From: Camelus dromedarius
Lineage: Eukaryota
Assembly: GCF_036321535.1 (NCBI RefSeq)
Contig: NC_087447.1
Location: 33,916,001-33,980,000, forward strand
Reading direction: 5' to 3'
DNA length: 64,000 bases
Shown: piece after piece, positions 13,284 to 25,900 of the stretch
Layout: every line of letters begins with the position of its first letter
How positions within the stretch are numbered: position 1 is the stretch's first letter
Translations under genes and position numbers: made by a program
Notes under the pieces: model-generated
What the model saw: only the letters and a program-made list of their open reading frames with translations
Databases searched by the model: none
Told to the model about the DNA's origin: nothing

Positions 13284-13960
13284 CAACAGTATGGAGAGTC
13301 CTTAAAAAACTAAAAACAGACTTACCCTATGATCCAGCAATCCTACACTTGGGCATATATCTGGAGGGAACTCTAATTCAAAAAGATACATGCACCCCAA
13401 TATTCATAGCAGCACTATATACAATAGCCAAGACACGGAAGCAGCCTAAATGTTCACCAACAGATGATTGGATAAAGAAGTTGTGGTGTGTATATATACA
13501 ATGTAATACTACTGAGGCATAAAAAAGAATAAAATAATGCCATTTGCAGCAATATGGATGGATCTGGAGATTATCGTACTAAGAGAAGGAAGCCAGAAAG
13601 AGAAAGAAAAATACCATATGATATCACTTATATGTGGAATCTAAAAAAGGGACACATAAAAAATTATTTACAAAACAGACAGACTCACAGACATAGAAAA
13701 CAAACTTGTGGTTACCAGGGGAGAAAGGGGGATGTGGAGGGATAAATTGAGGGTTCAGGATTTGTAGATACTAACTACTAAATATAAAAAATAAACAAGG
13801 TCCTATTGTATAGCACAGGGAGCTATATTCAATGCCTTGTAATAGCCTATAATGAAAAAGAATATGAAAAGGAATATCTATATGTATAACTGAACCACTA
13901 TGCTGTACACCGGAAATTAACACAACCTTGTAAACTGATTATACTTCAATAAAAAAAAAA
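13284..13960 (+). mobile_element. Young camelid-type L1 (ORF2 C-terminus + 3' UTR + A-tail)
   Basis: ORF 13190-13522 ends in L1 ORF2 sequence (LKKLKTDLPYDPAI...CTPIFIAALYTIAK); imperfect TSD AAATC-TGTTTCCT / AAATCCTGTTCCCT. Confidence 0.9.
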
Positions 13961-13993
13961 ATCCTGTTCCCTTGACACTTCTCCCCATTATCC

Positions 13994-14170
13994 CAAGGGT
14001 TCTCACCTTGGCTGACGTCTAGGCTTACCTGTGGAGCTTCTAAAAAGTCTTGATACCCAGGCTACAAACCAGGCCAAAGATCAGAGTCTCTGAGGGGAGA
14101 ATCCAGCCAGTAGTGTTGTTTAAATCTCCACAGATGGTCCCAACCAGGAGCCAGGTCTGGAAACCTTCTG
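13994..14170. mobile_element. MER5A-like hAT MITE
   Basis: CAAGGGTTCTCACCTTGGCTG...ATCAGAGTCTCTG...GCCAGGTCTGGAAACC-TCTG. Confidence 0.7.
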
Positions 14171-14186
14171 CTTTTGGCTCAGTTCT

Positions 14187-14581
14187 TGCATTAGTCTGTT
14201 AGAGCTGCCATGATGAAACACCACAGACTAGGTGACTTAAACAACAGAAATGACTTTTTTCACAGGTCTAGAGACGGGAAGTCCAAGACCAAGATGTCAA
14301 CAGCTTTGATTTCTCCTGAGGCATCTCTCCTTGGCTTGTAGGTGGCTGGCTGCCTTCTCACTGTGTTCTCCTGCGGTCCTTCCTCTGTGTTTTGTGCATC
14401 TCAAAGTATCTCTCTGTCTCTTTCTCACTGTCTTCTTACCAGTCCTATTGGATTAGGACCCTACCCTTATGATCTCATTTAACCTTAGTCACCCCCATAA
14501 AGGCCAAACACAGTCACGCTGGGGGTTAGGACTTCATATGTGAATGGGTTGGGAAGACGGGACACAATTCTGTCTGTAACA
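14187..14581 (-). mobile_element. MLT1A-like MaLR LTR
   Basis: TG-ATTAGTCTGTTAGAGCTGCCAT...GACTTAAACAACAGAAAT...GGACACAATTC...TAACA. Confidence 0.8.
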
Positions 14582-15699
14582 GTTCTGCTCACTGACTAGA
14601 ACTGGTTGATTTAGAGCCCCTTACCTAAAGTACCATAGCACCCATGTGTAATGTATAAATAAAAACAATAAAAAATGAAATGTCAGATTGTGAGCATGGC
14701 CCGCTGGATTCTGGGGCCATGAAAGGCCTCTGGGCCTATGCAGCTGCCCAAGCATCTGTTGAAAGGAGCACTGAGCAGGGCCGGATGCCAGGCCCGGCAG
14801 GCTCATGGACCCCCAAGTCAGCAAACACAATGAGCTATGTCTGGGAGAGAAAGTCTTCACTGGCAGACAGCTGCAGAGCACCCACCAGGCTACTGGAGAA
14901 GCTCTGCCTGCCCCAGTGCACAGGACAAGGAGGCAGGGGCCAGGGGCCCCACAGGTGGGGCTCCAGGAGGTGGCTTCTACTCTCTCCCTTCACATAAATC
15001 AGATGACATATTGTGACAGATGAGCTACTGGCTGGCAAGTAGATTCTGCAAATTAGGGCTTAATCCTTATTTTGAAATACTTGGTATCTGGGGGCCTAGA
15101 ACAGTACCTGGCACTTAGGACGCCTCCGTAAGTATTTGTTGAATAAACAGTAAGTAACTGAAACACTTGATGGGGTTTGAAAGCCATTAGAAATATTACA
15201 AGAGGTTTCAACATGAAAAGTCCTTATGTTTAATCGCAGCTCTTGAAATTTGTGAATGGTTGGAGACATATTTCTAATTTTGTCTCCTGTGTGAGGAAAA
15301 AAAAAGCGTTTTCATTGTGTGATTCTTAAGAATCTGAAGAGCTTATCATTAAATGGTCTTGATCAGAATTGTATATAGCTACTTCCAGTTTAAAACCTGA
15401 CTCTTGAAAAAAGGAAGTCCTGTTCATTGAAGCAATGTTGCTCATTGTTCCCAAGCATGTTCCAAAGCCAGCTTCTCATTAAATTGTTTTTAAGAGATTT
15501 TATTTGTGGTATTTTTAAGTGCATTTGACATATCTTCCCTAATACTTTGTGTTTTGTTTTTCTTATCATAATAAAATAATATATAAAGAAAATACAGTGA
15601 AAAATTTCACAAAGCCTCATTTAGACATCTGCAAATCCTCTCTAGTTTACTTACTGTGTCTTACAAATATTGTTTTATATGTGTTATAACATGAAAAAC

Positions 15700-16480
15700 T
15701 TGAGGCAGCTCTGCCTTCTATTTCTCTCAGTAAATGGCACCACTATCGAAATTATTGAGCCTACATCCTTGGTGTTATCCTGATTTCTCTATTTTCCTCA
15801 TCTTCTAACTCTGATCCTTCAACCAATCCAGTTGTAGCTACTTGCAAAATCACCCCCCCCCCACCCCTTCCACTTCTTCCCCTCTTCAATGCTTTTACTT
15901 GGACTAAGTCACCCTCACCTCTTGCCTGGGCTGCTGCTCCCACCTGGGCTTCCGTTTTCTGTATTCCTTGACCTTCCAATTCCTTCTCCATGTGGCAGCC
16001 AGAGTGCCCTTCTGAAACCTTGATCAGATCATACTATGTCTCCCCAACTCCCTGTGCTCTTAGAACCTTCCAATGGCCCTTTAAATAAAACCTAGACTCC
16101 TTCCTATGACCTAAAACGTCCTAATCGGGATTTGGCTTCCTCTCTATTGCCCTCCACCCCTACATGCTCTAGACACAATGGCCTTCTCTCTGATACCTGA
16201 GAGAATGTTCTAGGACAAAGTTCAAGGCCAAGTGGAGACACCAGGCAAACAGGAGAGTCTAGAGTTCAGGGGACATCTGAGCTGGAGCTGTAACTTGGGG
16301 GTCTAGGAGAAAGCCACAAGACAAAACGAGATCGCCAAGGAAGGGGGGTTAGGAAGAGAAGAGGAGGCTGGGCCATGATGCTCTCTCAATGTTTAGAGGT
16401 CAGAGGGATGGGAAGGAGCCTGTGAAGGAGACGGAGAAGCCACAGTCAGTGGCCTAGGAGGAAAAAATATAGTTACAGAA
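15700..16480. mobile_element. L2 fragments (+ at ~15700-16200, - at ~16240-16480)
   Basis: CAGTAAATGGCACCAC..., GCAGCCAGAGTG..., CCTTCCAATGGC; TCTGAGCTGGAG... Confidence 0.55.
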
Positions 16481-17619
16481 CTATCTCCTGAAGTTTCAGT
16501 GACAGACACCCAAAGTTTGGGTTTTTTTTTTTTCCAAATAAGCACTCCCCATTTTGTTACCATCAGAGAAACCTGGGAAACACTGCCCTAGAGCTTGGCC
16601 CTATCAGAAGACTCACCTGCCTGGAGCCTTATTTAAACATACACTTTGCAGGGACCTTGCTCCCAAATACGCTGAAACTAAATCCCCAAGGGACTTAGAA
16701 TTTGGAAGTTCATCATCCAAACTTACTATTTCTTCTTAGGATTTGTTCGAAAACAACCCACATAGTTTTGCTTTTGAACCAACGAATCAGTAGTTCTCTC
16801 TTCATTTACAAAGACTGATACATCATTTCTATCATCTCTTCAAGTGGAGATGCATTTACTAAAACCATACGGAATTTTAGCACAGGCTAGGCTCTTTGCA
16901 AAGAGTCTTATGTTTGAACCAGAATTAAAACCACCTAACAAATGGGAACTCCCAAGTCCAGGCATATTTGTAAAATCACAAATTAGAGCTCTCCACCCAA
17001 ATTTCTTAGCTGATTTAGCTCCCAAAGCACCCACAGTCATTTGCTCTGGGTCTCAGGAACCACATTTACTTTTCCCAAGTATTCTGATGATGGTCATGCC
17101 AAGATATCACTTACACAGCCTCTGTTACTGGTGTCCTCATGGCTGCCTCCCCCAACCCAACCTCTTCCACCAGGCTTTTCAAATTCTGTGTTCAAAGACT
17201 CTTCCTAAATTTCCTTACTTTGAAAGTTCAAAACGCTCCCATCCATCTGATCAAAACGGGAAACTTTTTGCCCTCTCTGACAGAAATCACTCCGTGCTGG
17301 CCACCTAAGGGGTACTTGGGGTTAATTAGAAAATCCCCATCAAGAGTTCAGAGGCCAATATCAGCTGTCAAAATCCCACATTCCCCTCTCTACCCTCTTT
17401 CAAGTGCAAAACAACCTGTGTCTGAAGATGTGCGGGAGATAAAAGGGCACACACAGCAGCGCTGGGGGCTTTGACTCAGCCCCATGCACGGCCCCACCAC
17501 CATGAATACTGCAAAATCTCAAATGAAAGTTTTAATCTCCCCACTGCATTCAGCCTAAAGAGAAAAGGGCTTCCTTTTAACAATTTTCCCCCTTAAACCT
17601 TTTGTGTTGCCATGCTCCT

Positions 17620-19000
17620 GAAAAAAAGCGGAGATTTCACTCTGACCCGGGTAGGGCTTTACGCCAAAGAAAGCAATGCACCTCAAAACCTTTGTGTTGA
17701 AAGAAGGGCTGGCCGGCCCGAAGCAACCGGAGCAAAGGCAGCAACCCACCGTGGGGCGCGCGGGGGGCAGAGGGTGCCCGCGTCTCTGCACACCCCGGGC
17801 TCTGGCCTCTCGACCGACGGGCCTAATGCGAAGAGTGAGATATGGCGAGGGCCCCGTTGCTCTCAACGCTGCGGAGTCTGGGGTGGGGAGTGCGACAAGG
17901 GTGGCTGATTTCCCAGCCAGAACAGCGGTCTTGAAACGCACTAGCACCCGCAGACCAGGAGGCCCAATTCGGTCCTTTGTTTTCACACTGCACTCAGAAG
18001 GAGAAAGAACAACTCCACTCCAAGTTCAACCGTCTCCAAGCTACCCTTTGGGGGGAATCTCGGATGGAGTGTTCACAACACTCTGGCTGATTGCTGGGAA
18101 GCAGATTCCGGCTGCCTCTAGGTACCTACCTTGGGGCGCAGACTCCGGGTCACTTGGGGAGCGGGGTCTCCCGCCCTCTACAAAACACCTGTGCCTGCAG
18201 GGCGCTTCCCCCTTGCAGACCTGCGGTTTCCAAGAGCACCTGGAGAAAAGCAGAGCGGTGTTTCGATCTTTGCTTGCCTTCACAATTACTCCCTTCGCGC
18301 GTAATTAGTGCTACTGGGTGCTTGAGACAAGACTCGCAACCCCGCAGCTCTTCTTAAAAAAAAAAAAAAAAGTTTAATAAGCATGATGTTCCCCTCTTTA
18401 TTTCCTCCATAGGGCTGCCCTAAATGCTTGAAATTAACATCTGAAATTAATCCAAACCGTCGGGACTAAAATCAGAAGCTCAGTTCTGAGCTCAACGCGG
18501 TTTTATTAGCGCCTTAATTTGCTGTTGCTTAATTCTGACAGCCCAGTGAATACCACCTCTTCAAAAGGGTGTTTTGGTCGAGCGGCCAGAGTTCAAAAGG
18601 TCTAGCGCCCAGCTTTCTGGCAAACTGCGTTGCGGCAGCCTGGAGCGGTTCTAAATCAGCCCCTGCCGGTCCCTCCTTAAATCCATAAAACGATGAACGC
18701 GCCCATTTCCTCCAGGTTTCTGCCTCCTCTTGTTGGACAGTTTGTTTCGCTAGCCCTTTCACCATTTCTGAACATGACTTTCATTCAGGGTCATAGAAAC
18801 CTGGTAGATACGTTGCCCCTGCCCAGGGCAAAATTGTCTCTGATTTGATATTTTTCCTCTCAAAATCTGCTTGTAAAACGACTCCACTTCCCCTCCCTGG
18901 CCAGTACCTTTCGGTGTGTGTGATTCGGTGTGTTGTCTTCTGGACTTCGAGAAGTGAGGGGGCGGCGGCGGGGGTGGGGTGGGGGAATCCTTTCAAAAGA
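17620..19000. promoter_or_regulatory. Orphan CpG island ~33 kb upstream of DBX1 (candidate distal regulatory element)
   Basis: CpG-rich, repeat-free segment with no credible coding exon. Confidence 0.7.
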
Positions 19001-22000
19001 TGTCTCAAATTCAAACGTTTAAAGAAACGGCAATGAGAAGGCAGTAGCATGGGGGTGAACAAAGGCCAAATAGCATTTAAAATTGTTACATTCATCTCTG
19101 CTGAGTGACGTGCATTTTAAAAATAAAAAGCACATATCAAGACTTTAAAATTCCTTCCTTTTCATTTGTCACTTGCTGAATAAAGAGTTGCAGAAAATGC
19201 ACCTTTTATCATTTTTAAGCTGTGAAATGTTGGCCAGCCTCTTACACCAAACACAAGCACACAAACATACACACTTCCAAAATGAGAGCAGGAGTAAACT
19301 GATAATGCTGATCAACTCTTCTGCATCTGTGCTCTAACTGGGAGCTCAACATGGAAAAAACCAAACCACACATGACTCTATTAAAGTGTCTTTAAGTTCC
19401 CTTCTAGTTCTAATGTTCTGCAAATAACGTTATTGCTCAGTTTGTGGGTAGTTCAAGTGAAAGTATATCTTTTTAAAAAACCATAATTTTCTGGATAATT
19501 AGGCTAATGCAATAAAATTTAAGTTCTGATTTTAACCCTGATAAATACATGCTTCTGGAAAAAATTTGCTTTATACAAAATCATATTTCAAATGCACAGA
19601 TATTGGTGTATTTAAAGGAATTTGAGTGCAAACTGTTCTGTAAAGTGAAAAAGGCTTTTCTAATGGGAATAAACACCCCTTATTAATCTGTTTTGTATGT
19701 TGGATTTTTCTTAAATCAGAGCTCTTTAAAAAAACAGGCATAGTTTTCTTACACAGAAGCATGACAATATTGATAATATACTCAAATTAACAATTCTCCA
19801 GAATCAAGTACAAATTGAATAGGCTGTAAAGACATTTGACATCTTTTCTTATTAGGAAAATGACAAGAGATAAAACCTAGTGGTATCTCTTTGAGCAATG
19901 GAAAAAGTCACTTAGAGAAGATGAAACTATTTTTAACTCCACTAAATAAATACGTTTCAAACTGACATCTTTTTTCTGAAGAAGAAATAAGATAATCAAA
20001 TTTAAATAGTCTACATTTTAGCTGAATTATCAATAATGCATCTTTTACATAAGTCGATTTAATGTGGCTCTTTGAGGAAAAGTTCTCATTTGATTTTGAT
20101 GCTTTCTCCTGAAATTTCAGGGGAGAAATTGAAAAAAACATGATTGCAGTTGCTTATCAATTTCAGTTAAGTCAAGGGAGAAGAGGAACAGAATTGTTGG
20201 ATGTGGTGGTATCCGAGTTTTTATTTTCTAACACTAAAATCTTCTTCAGAACTCAGCAATTTGAAAATTAATTTGTGAACCTTCTTACAAATTGGAGTAA
20301 CATATCTCCCCCAAACATATTCTCTGCTTGTCTTAAAGCAAAGAGACAAACAACCTGATATCAACCACCTGTTGTGCTACCCACCTAGTCCAATTAGACA
20401 AGTCTATTGCCTTTGTGGGAACATTGACCCACATGAGTCACTAATTTTAGACTAGCTGAATCTGAAAACCCGAGTGGTCTTTTCATGCTCACAGTCAGCA
20501 GGCATCTTGCCTCTCAGAAAGCCTAAAATCTATCAAGCCCATGCAGAATAATTCACATCAGTGCCCCTGAAACCCTTTGAAGCAAACAAACAGAAAAGAA
20601 AAGAATAAGAAAAAAGATTATGATTTGATCTCAATTTAAACATGTTAACAGTAACCCAATATTATTCCAGATTTTACCCAGCTGTTTTGAATCTTTAGCG
20701 AATTTGAACAAGAGAGCAAACCTGTTTTAATGATTAGAAAGTATAAAGGTTCAAAAGGAGTCGAACCTTTTTCTGAACTACCTATCTCTTACTCTGGCTT
20801 CTTGCTTGGCCGACTTTTAGGATTCAGTGCCATTGAGTTCTTTCTTACTTTCTTTCTCTGCAATCTGGCTTTCTTATCATTACTTCCCAAACCAGATCTC
20901 TCATAGTCTTAAAAAACTATAAACATTACAGGTCACATGGGGTGGGCTCAAAATCATTTCCCTACTAGGGCACTGGGGTTTATTTCTGAAGTCATTCATA
21001 ATCATCACTGAGAGGACTTATTTAGTTTCATTCTATTTATTAGGAAGACATACACAAGAAAGAGACTAGATATGACCACACTGAAGGTAAAGTTGCAAGC
21101 ACTTATCAAATAATCACTTCCCTTAAAAGAGTGAATCTGCATAGTTTTCCAAGAACCATAGAGAAAAAGACATTCTCACAGACCAGAAACAGGAAGCTGA
21201 CTCTGCTAAGTTCAAATGGAGAGTTAAAGGGAAATGTTTGCATGTAAAAGCAGAAAAAGAAGTTTGAAAATGAATGAATCAAAGGGAACTCTTTGTGCTA
21301 TCATCAGTTACTGTAACTTTACTGATCAGAAGGGAGTTTGTCATTACAATTGGGTTAACCAGGTCCCATAGAAGATACTGTAGGAGCTAGAATGAAGGTC
21401 ATTCTAAAGTGTTCTTAATTTTAGAGTTAGGGATGACATGCCTGGAAAGACAAACTTCATTTGTCTTGGGGAGGGGAAGATAAGGGTTTGGGGGTAGAAG
21501 TGTAAGAAAATATTTATTGAACAGTGCTATTACACAGGTAATCATCACAAGAACTCTTACTAGTCCCCATTTTTGCAGATGAGGAAAATGAATTTAGAAA
21601 GTTTAAGTTTCTTGCAAAAGGAAGACAGAAACTACTTGGTAGGGCTGGAATTCTGCTTCAAGCCTACTCTTTCCAAAATTTGCTGCCTCTACTCAAGAGC
21701 AGGAAGGCACATTTTAAATGCTCATGGGAAGTAGTATATATAGGATAGTAGGTGTTAAGTCCTCTCTTTTCCTGTTATCTGTTCTTGCATCATTCATTCA
21801 TTTCAATAAGTTAATAAATATTCATTAGGCATCTTTTACTATCCACCACTCCCAAAAGATATTGGTACAGGTAAAGTGCCTCTCCTAAGGTTTCACAGAA
21901 CCCAGGCAATCAGACTAGAGTCCATGCTCTTCATTAAGCACCATTCTTAACTGCTGCTGCTGTGGTCTTGCAAACTTGGTAATCTGGTGGAAAGGAGGAG

Positions 22001-22149
22001 AAAACGTTGCATAAAGATGATCTTACAAGAGGATATGTGTCTCCTAACTCAATGGGAAATATGGCATGTGGACAAGATTCTAGAGCAGCAAAAATAAATC
22101 ACTGGCCCAATGGGAAGATAGCAACAAAGAAACATCCAAGAAAATGGAA

Positions 22150-22940
22150 CTGATTTTCTACAAAGCAAAACAGTAACATCAGTACTTCTCTATTAGATTA
22201 AGTGCAAAACCACAATACAAAGGAATAAATAACGTTTATTGTCCATATAGAAAATTTAGAAAAATTATAAAGTAGAAAGTAAAACTCATTCATAGTCATG
22301 TCACTCAGAGGTGGTCACTATTTTCTTTTCTTTTTTTTTTTTGTAATATATATGTATGCCTACATATGTAATACATGGATAGGTACATTTTTATTAGAGT
22401 ATCTTATATATAATTTTTAACCTGGCTTTTTAATTGCTTATTCTGTCAGACTTATTATCCCATGCCATTAAAAAGCCTTTGAAAACATTCATCTTAATCT
22501 TACATATCAAAATTTATTAAACCAATTCCCTATAGTTAGGCAGCTAGTAATTTTATTTTTTGCTACTATAAGTAGATCTGTGTTGTACAAGTATTTTGTA
22601 TTCTTGTGGACACCTCCAATAATTTCATCAAGATTAAACAACCCTTTTCACATTCTTCATACTGCCATATTTTCTTCCAAAATGGTTGTATCCCTTTGCC
22701 CTCTATGAATAAGATACAAAAATAATCTTCTCACTGCTGGGTAAGGATATTTTTAAAAAATTTCCACCAACTAAGTGGAGGGAGGAAAGCATGTTATTAT
22801 TGGAAGTTCCTTCATTATTAGGTTGACTATTTTAACATATTTCTCGATATTTTTTGTCTCTTATGAATTAGCTTTTATGTCATTTCCCTTTTTTGCTATT
22901 GGTATGCTTGACTTACTGATTTTAAAGAGCTCTTTACATA
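22150..22940 (-). mobile_element. Old L1ME fragment
   Basis: TTTATTAAACCAATTCCCTAT..., TTTTTTGCTACTATAA, AAAGAGCTCTTTACATATTAAG. Confidence 0.55.
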
Positions 22941-25900
22941 TTAAGAATTAAAGGCCTAAAACTACATTTGGACCTGCTTTTAAAGGCCCAGAGAAACTTA
23001 TGCATCTTTCATTAGGCTTTCCTGACTCCTTCAACTTTAACTCAAATCTCTTGCTCCTAAAATCCTAATACAATATTCAGTACTGAATGATACACTGTTT
23101 GCAATCCTTTGGAGTTTCTTCTTTGTCCTCCATCATACCTTTCCAGAGGAGACTTCATGTCTTTTAACAGCTACAAAGATGATCAACTTGGTGTCTCTGA
23201 ATTCTCAGTGTCATTAACTATGACATGGTTGTATTTATCCTCATTTAACAGGGGATGGAATTGGGATTCAGCCCAGATTCAACAGCTACTACATGGTTAT
23301 CCCAAGTACTCAGCCAGGCTCCCTGACTCCTCCTGCAGTGCTTCTTCTAGTTCTCATGTTAGCATGTTTACATTGAGATAAAATCCTAATCTTATTTTAA
23401 CATTTTTCTCTTAGTTTATTTCAAATGTGTAAGACACCATTCAAAGACCTTACAAAGAAGACTTAGCTGGTAAGAAATAGAACCAAGTCTGATATTTTGG
23501 ATTTTTTGTAAAGAAAAATGAATTCTTTTATTTTTCTGATCATGATTATTTTAATAATCCTTTGCCTTTAGGATAAAGACTATAAAATTTCCTCAGAACT
23601 TAACTTTATGGGTTGTTTATATATAAAGGATTTATAGGCAACATCCTAAAATCACAGCACAAATCAGCAATGATAACAGAAATGAAATTAAACAGCCTAT
23701 CACTTTCATCATTTTCCTCCTCCCAAATCTTGCTCCAGAAGTCAGATCTTTACAAATCATTTGGGTGTTCTGAATGAATAGCTTTATCTTTCTTTGTATT
23801 AGAATGGGAAATTACCCAGTACTCACCCATAAAAAGGTTTATTTAAAAATCACTCTCTCTGAAATGGAGAGGACCCCAGGGAAGGCCTAGAATCCAATGG
23901 AGAGGAATCTGAAAAATCACTTTTTATGGGGGACGGGGGGAGATTCATACTTGATTTATAAGTGTTTTACTTTGTGTGCGAATATGACTTAGCTAGAGGC
24001 TGGGGAGAGGATGAATATGGAGGGAGAAAAGGTCACGTGAGAAGGTGAAACTCAAGCCTACCCTCTGGAATTGGGCAGGTATGTGTTTCAGAAGCGCCTT
24101 CAAGTTTCTTCTGGAGAAAAGGCCTGATTTGAATAGATTAACATTGCTGGACTTCTAGGCCTTCTAAAATGGTCTTTCATTTCCATGTGAATATTGGAAA
24201 ATGCCCTTCTTGGGAGAGGGGCTGGGCAGGGGGAACAAACCTCTTCGTCTCCATCTCAGCTAATTTACATGCTCCCCAATGGAGGTCATATCGATATGAG
24301 ACCCAACCGCTGTCAGCTTTGCGGGTCCCTTAACCTGAGAACCTTGAAGCCCATTGAGAGCTATTCATACTTGGCAGATTGATTTCTTCAGTCATTTTGT
24401 CATAGTAACTGACAATTCACTGCCATCCAAGTGTATCTGGGAGCACAATGCCCACATAAATATTGTTGGCAATTCTCAACATATCCCTTTGTGGAAGCGG
24501 CAGGTTAATTTACTTCTGCCGCTCGACTTTCTATAGCTATGTGGCAGAAGATCGTTTCCTCTGCAACCATACAGCCAACAGAACCAGCGGGGCTTGTTTC
24601 AAAGAAGCAGGGGGTTCAGAATCCCCCATTAATGCAGAATGAAATGAAACACAACTTCAAGCACAGGTTAATCTGGAGGGGGAGACAGGGGGCACAGGAA
24701 CATAAAAACCTAATGAAAATCAGGTGCAGCCCTGGTCCTAACGCTATTCTAGAGAGTTAAGGGCATGGAAATAATAGACTGTATGATCAGGAAAAAGTCT
24801 CTTAAAAAAATAATCACCACAGGAACAAAGGGCATGGAAACTTTAATCACAGCAGCTAATTCGCAAGGTGCTTTCTGAGCTGTGCTGACTCACAGAGCAG
24901 GTGCAGGGCTCCCTGAGAGCAAGACAGAGAGTGCTGGGATGGCCTTGATCTCTAGAGGATTTTCTTGTTGCCTTTCTAGCTGTTAATCCAACCGTCCCTG
25001 AATGGTGAGGCAGCCACCACTGTGACATGGCAGAAAGAGCAGGGGCTTTGACAGTAGACATTCCTGGATATGATGCTTGGCAGCTCTAAGCTGCAGAGCC
25101 ATGGTAAGCTAAGTCCCTTCATCTTCCTGAACTCAGTTTCACGGTCTGTGAAATGGGATTGTAGATGTACCCATTTTACAGATTAAATGAGATAATTTAT
25201 TTATCCAGTAAATCTTTTCTGAGTGCCTTCTCTGCATTAGGCATAGCATTTAGGACTGGGAAACAAAAATAATTGAGGGGTGGGAGTCTCTATCTTTGAT
25301 TTTAGTGCATCCAGTTAGAAAGGAAAATAAAATTGCTTCAGCGCAAGGCTTGACTCTGAGTTGGCTTGGAAGCATCAGGAAAGGCTTCTCAGAGAAGACT
25401 GCTCTGGAGATTTAAAGGAGAGGTTTGTCGGCAGACTAGCATAAAGGAGAGACCCCGAGCAGACATGAAAGCCAGAATGGTAGGTGACAGCACTCTTATT
25501 GCGGCTGGCCTATGACATACAAAGAGCTTGAGGTGGAAGGCTGACAGGGAGAGGACCAGAGCTCTGTGAATACGCAATACAAAGGAGTTTAGATTTTTTC
25601 CTATGATCACAAGAAGGCTTTGAAACACACCTGCCCCCCTTGAGCATTTACTGGGTACCATGTGCTGTGCTCAATCACTGTGATGCCCTTAGCCTAGTTG
25701 GAGGAATCAAAGCTGATGTCACTATGGGAGTCAGTTTTCCACTTTGTTCCTTGTGATGAAAAATACTGACCCAAGTTTGTGGGTGGGTGTGTAGGGAGTG
25801 GGTGGCAGATAAGCCTTTGGAAAAAGTCTATCCATGTCTGGGATCAAGAAGTATGGAAACACCTCTGGTTGGTTTCTTTATCTTTCTGAGCCTCTCTCTC

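Noticed and set aside
17555..18357. 210 aa ORF (17676-18308) and overlapping ORFs in the orphan CpG island
   Set aside because: GC-rich shadow ORFs without recognisable homology or supporting exon structure.
20745..20772. Hairpin AAAGGTTC...GAACCTTT followed by Ts, resembling a bacterial terminator
   Set aside because: Mammalian intergenic DNA; an 8-bp stem is expected by chance in 64 kb.
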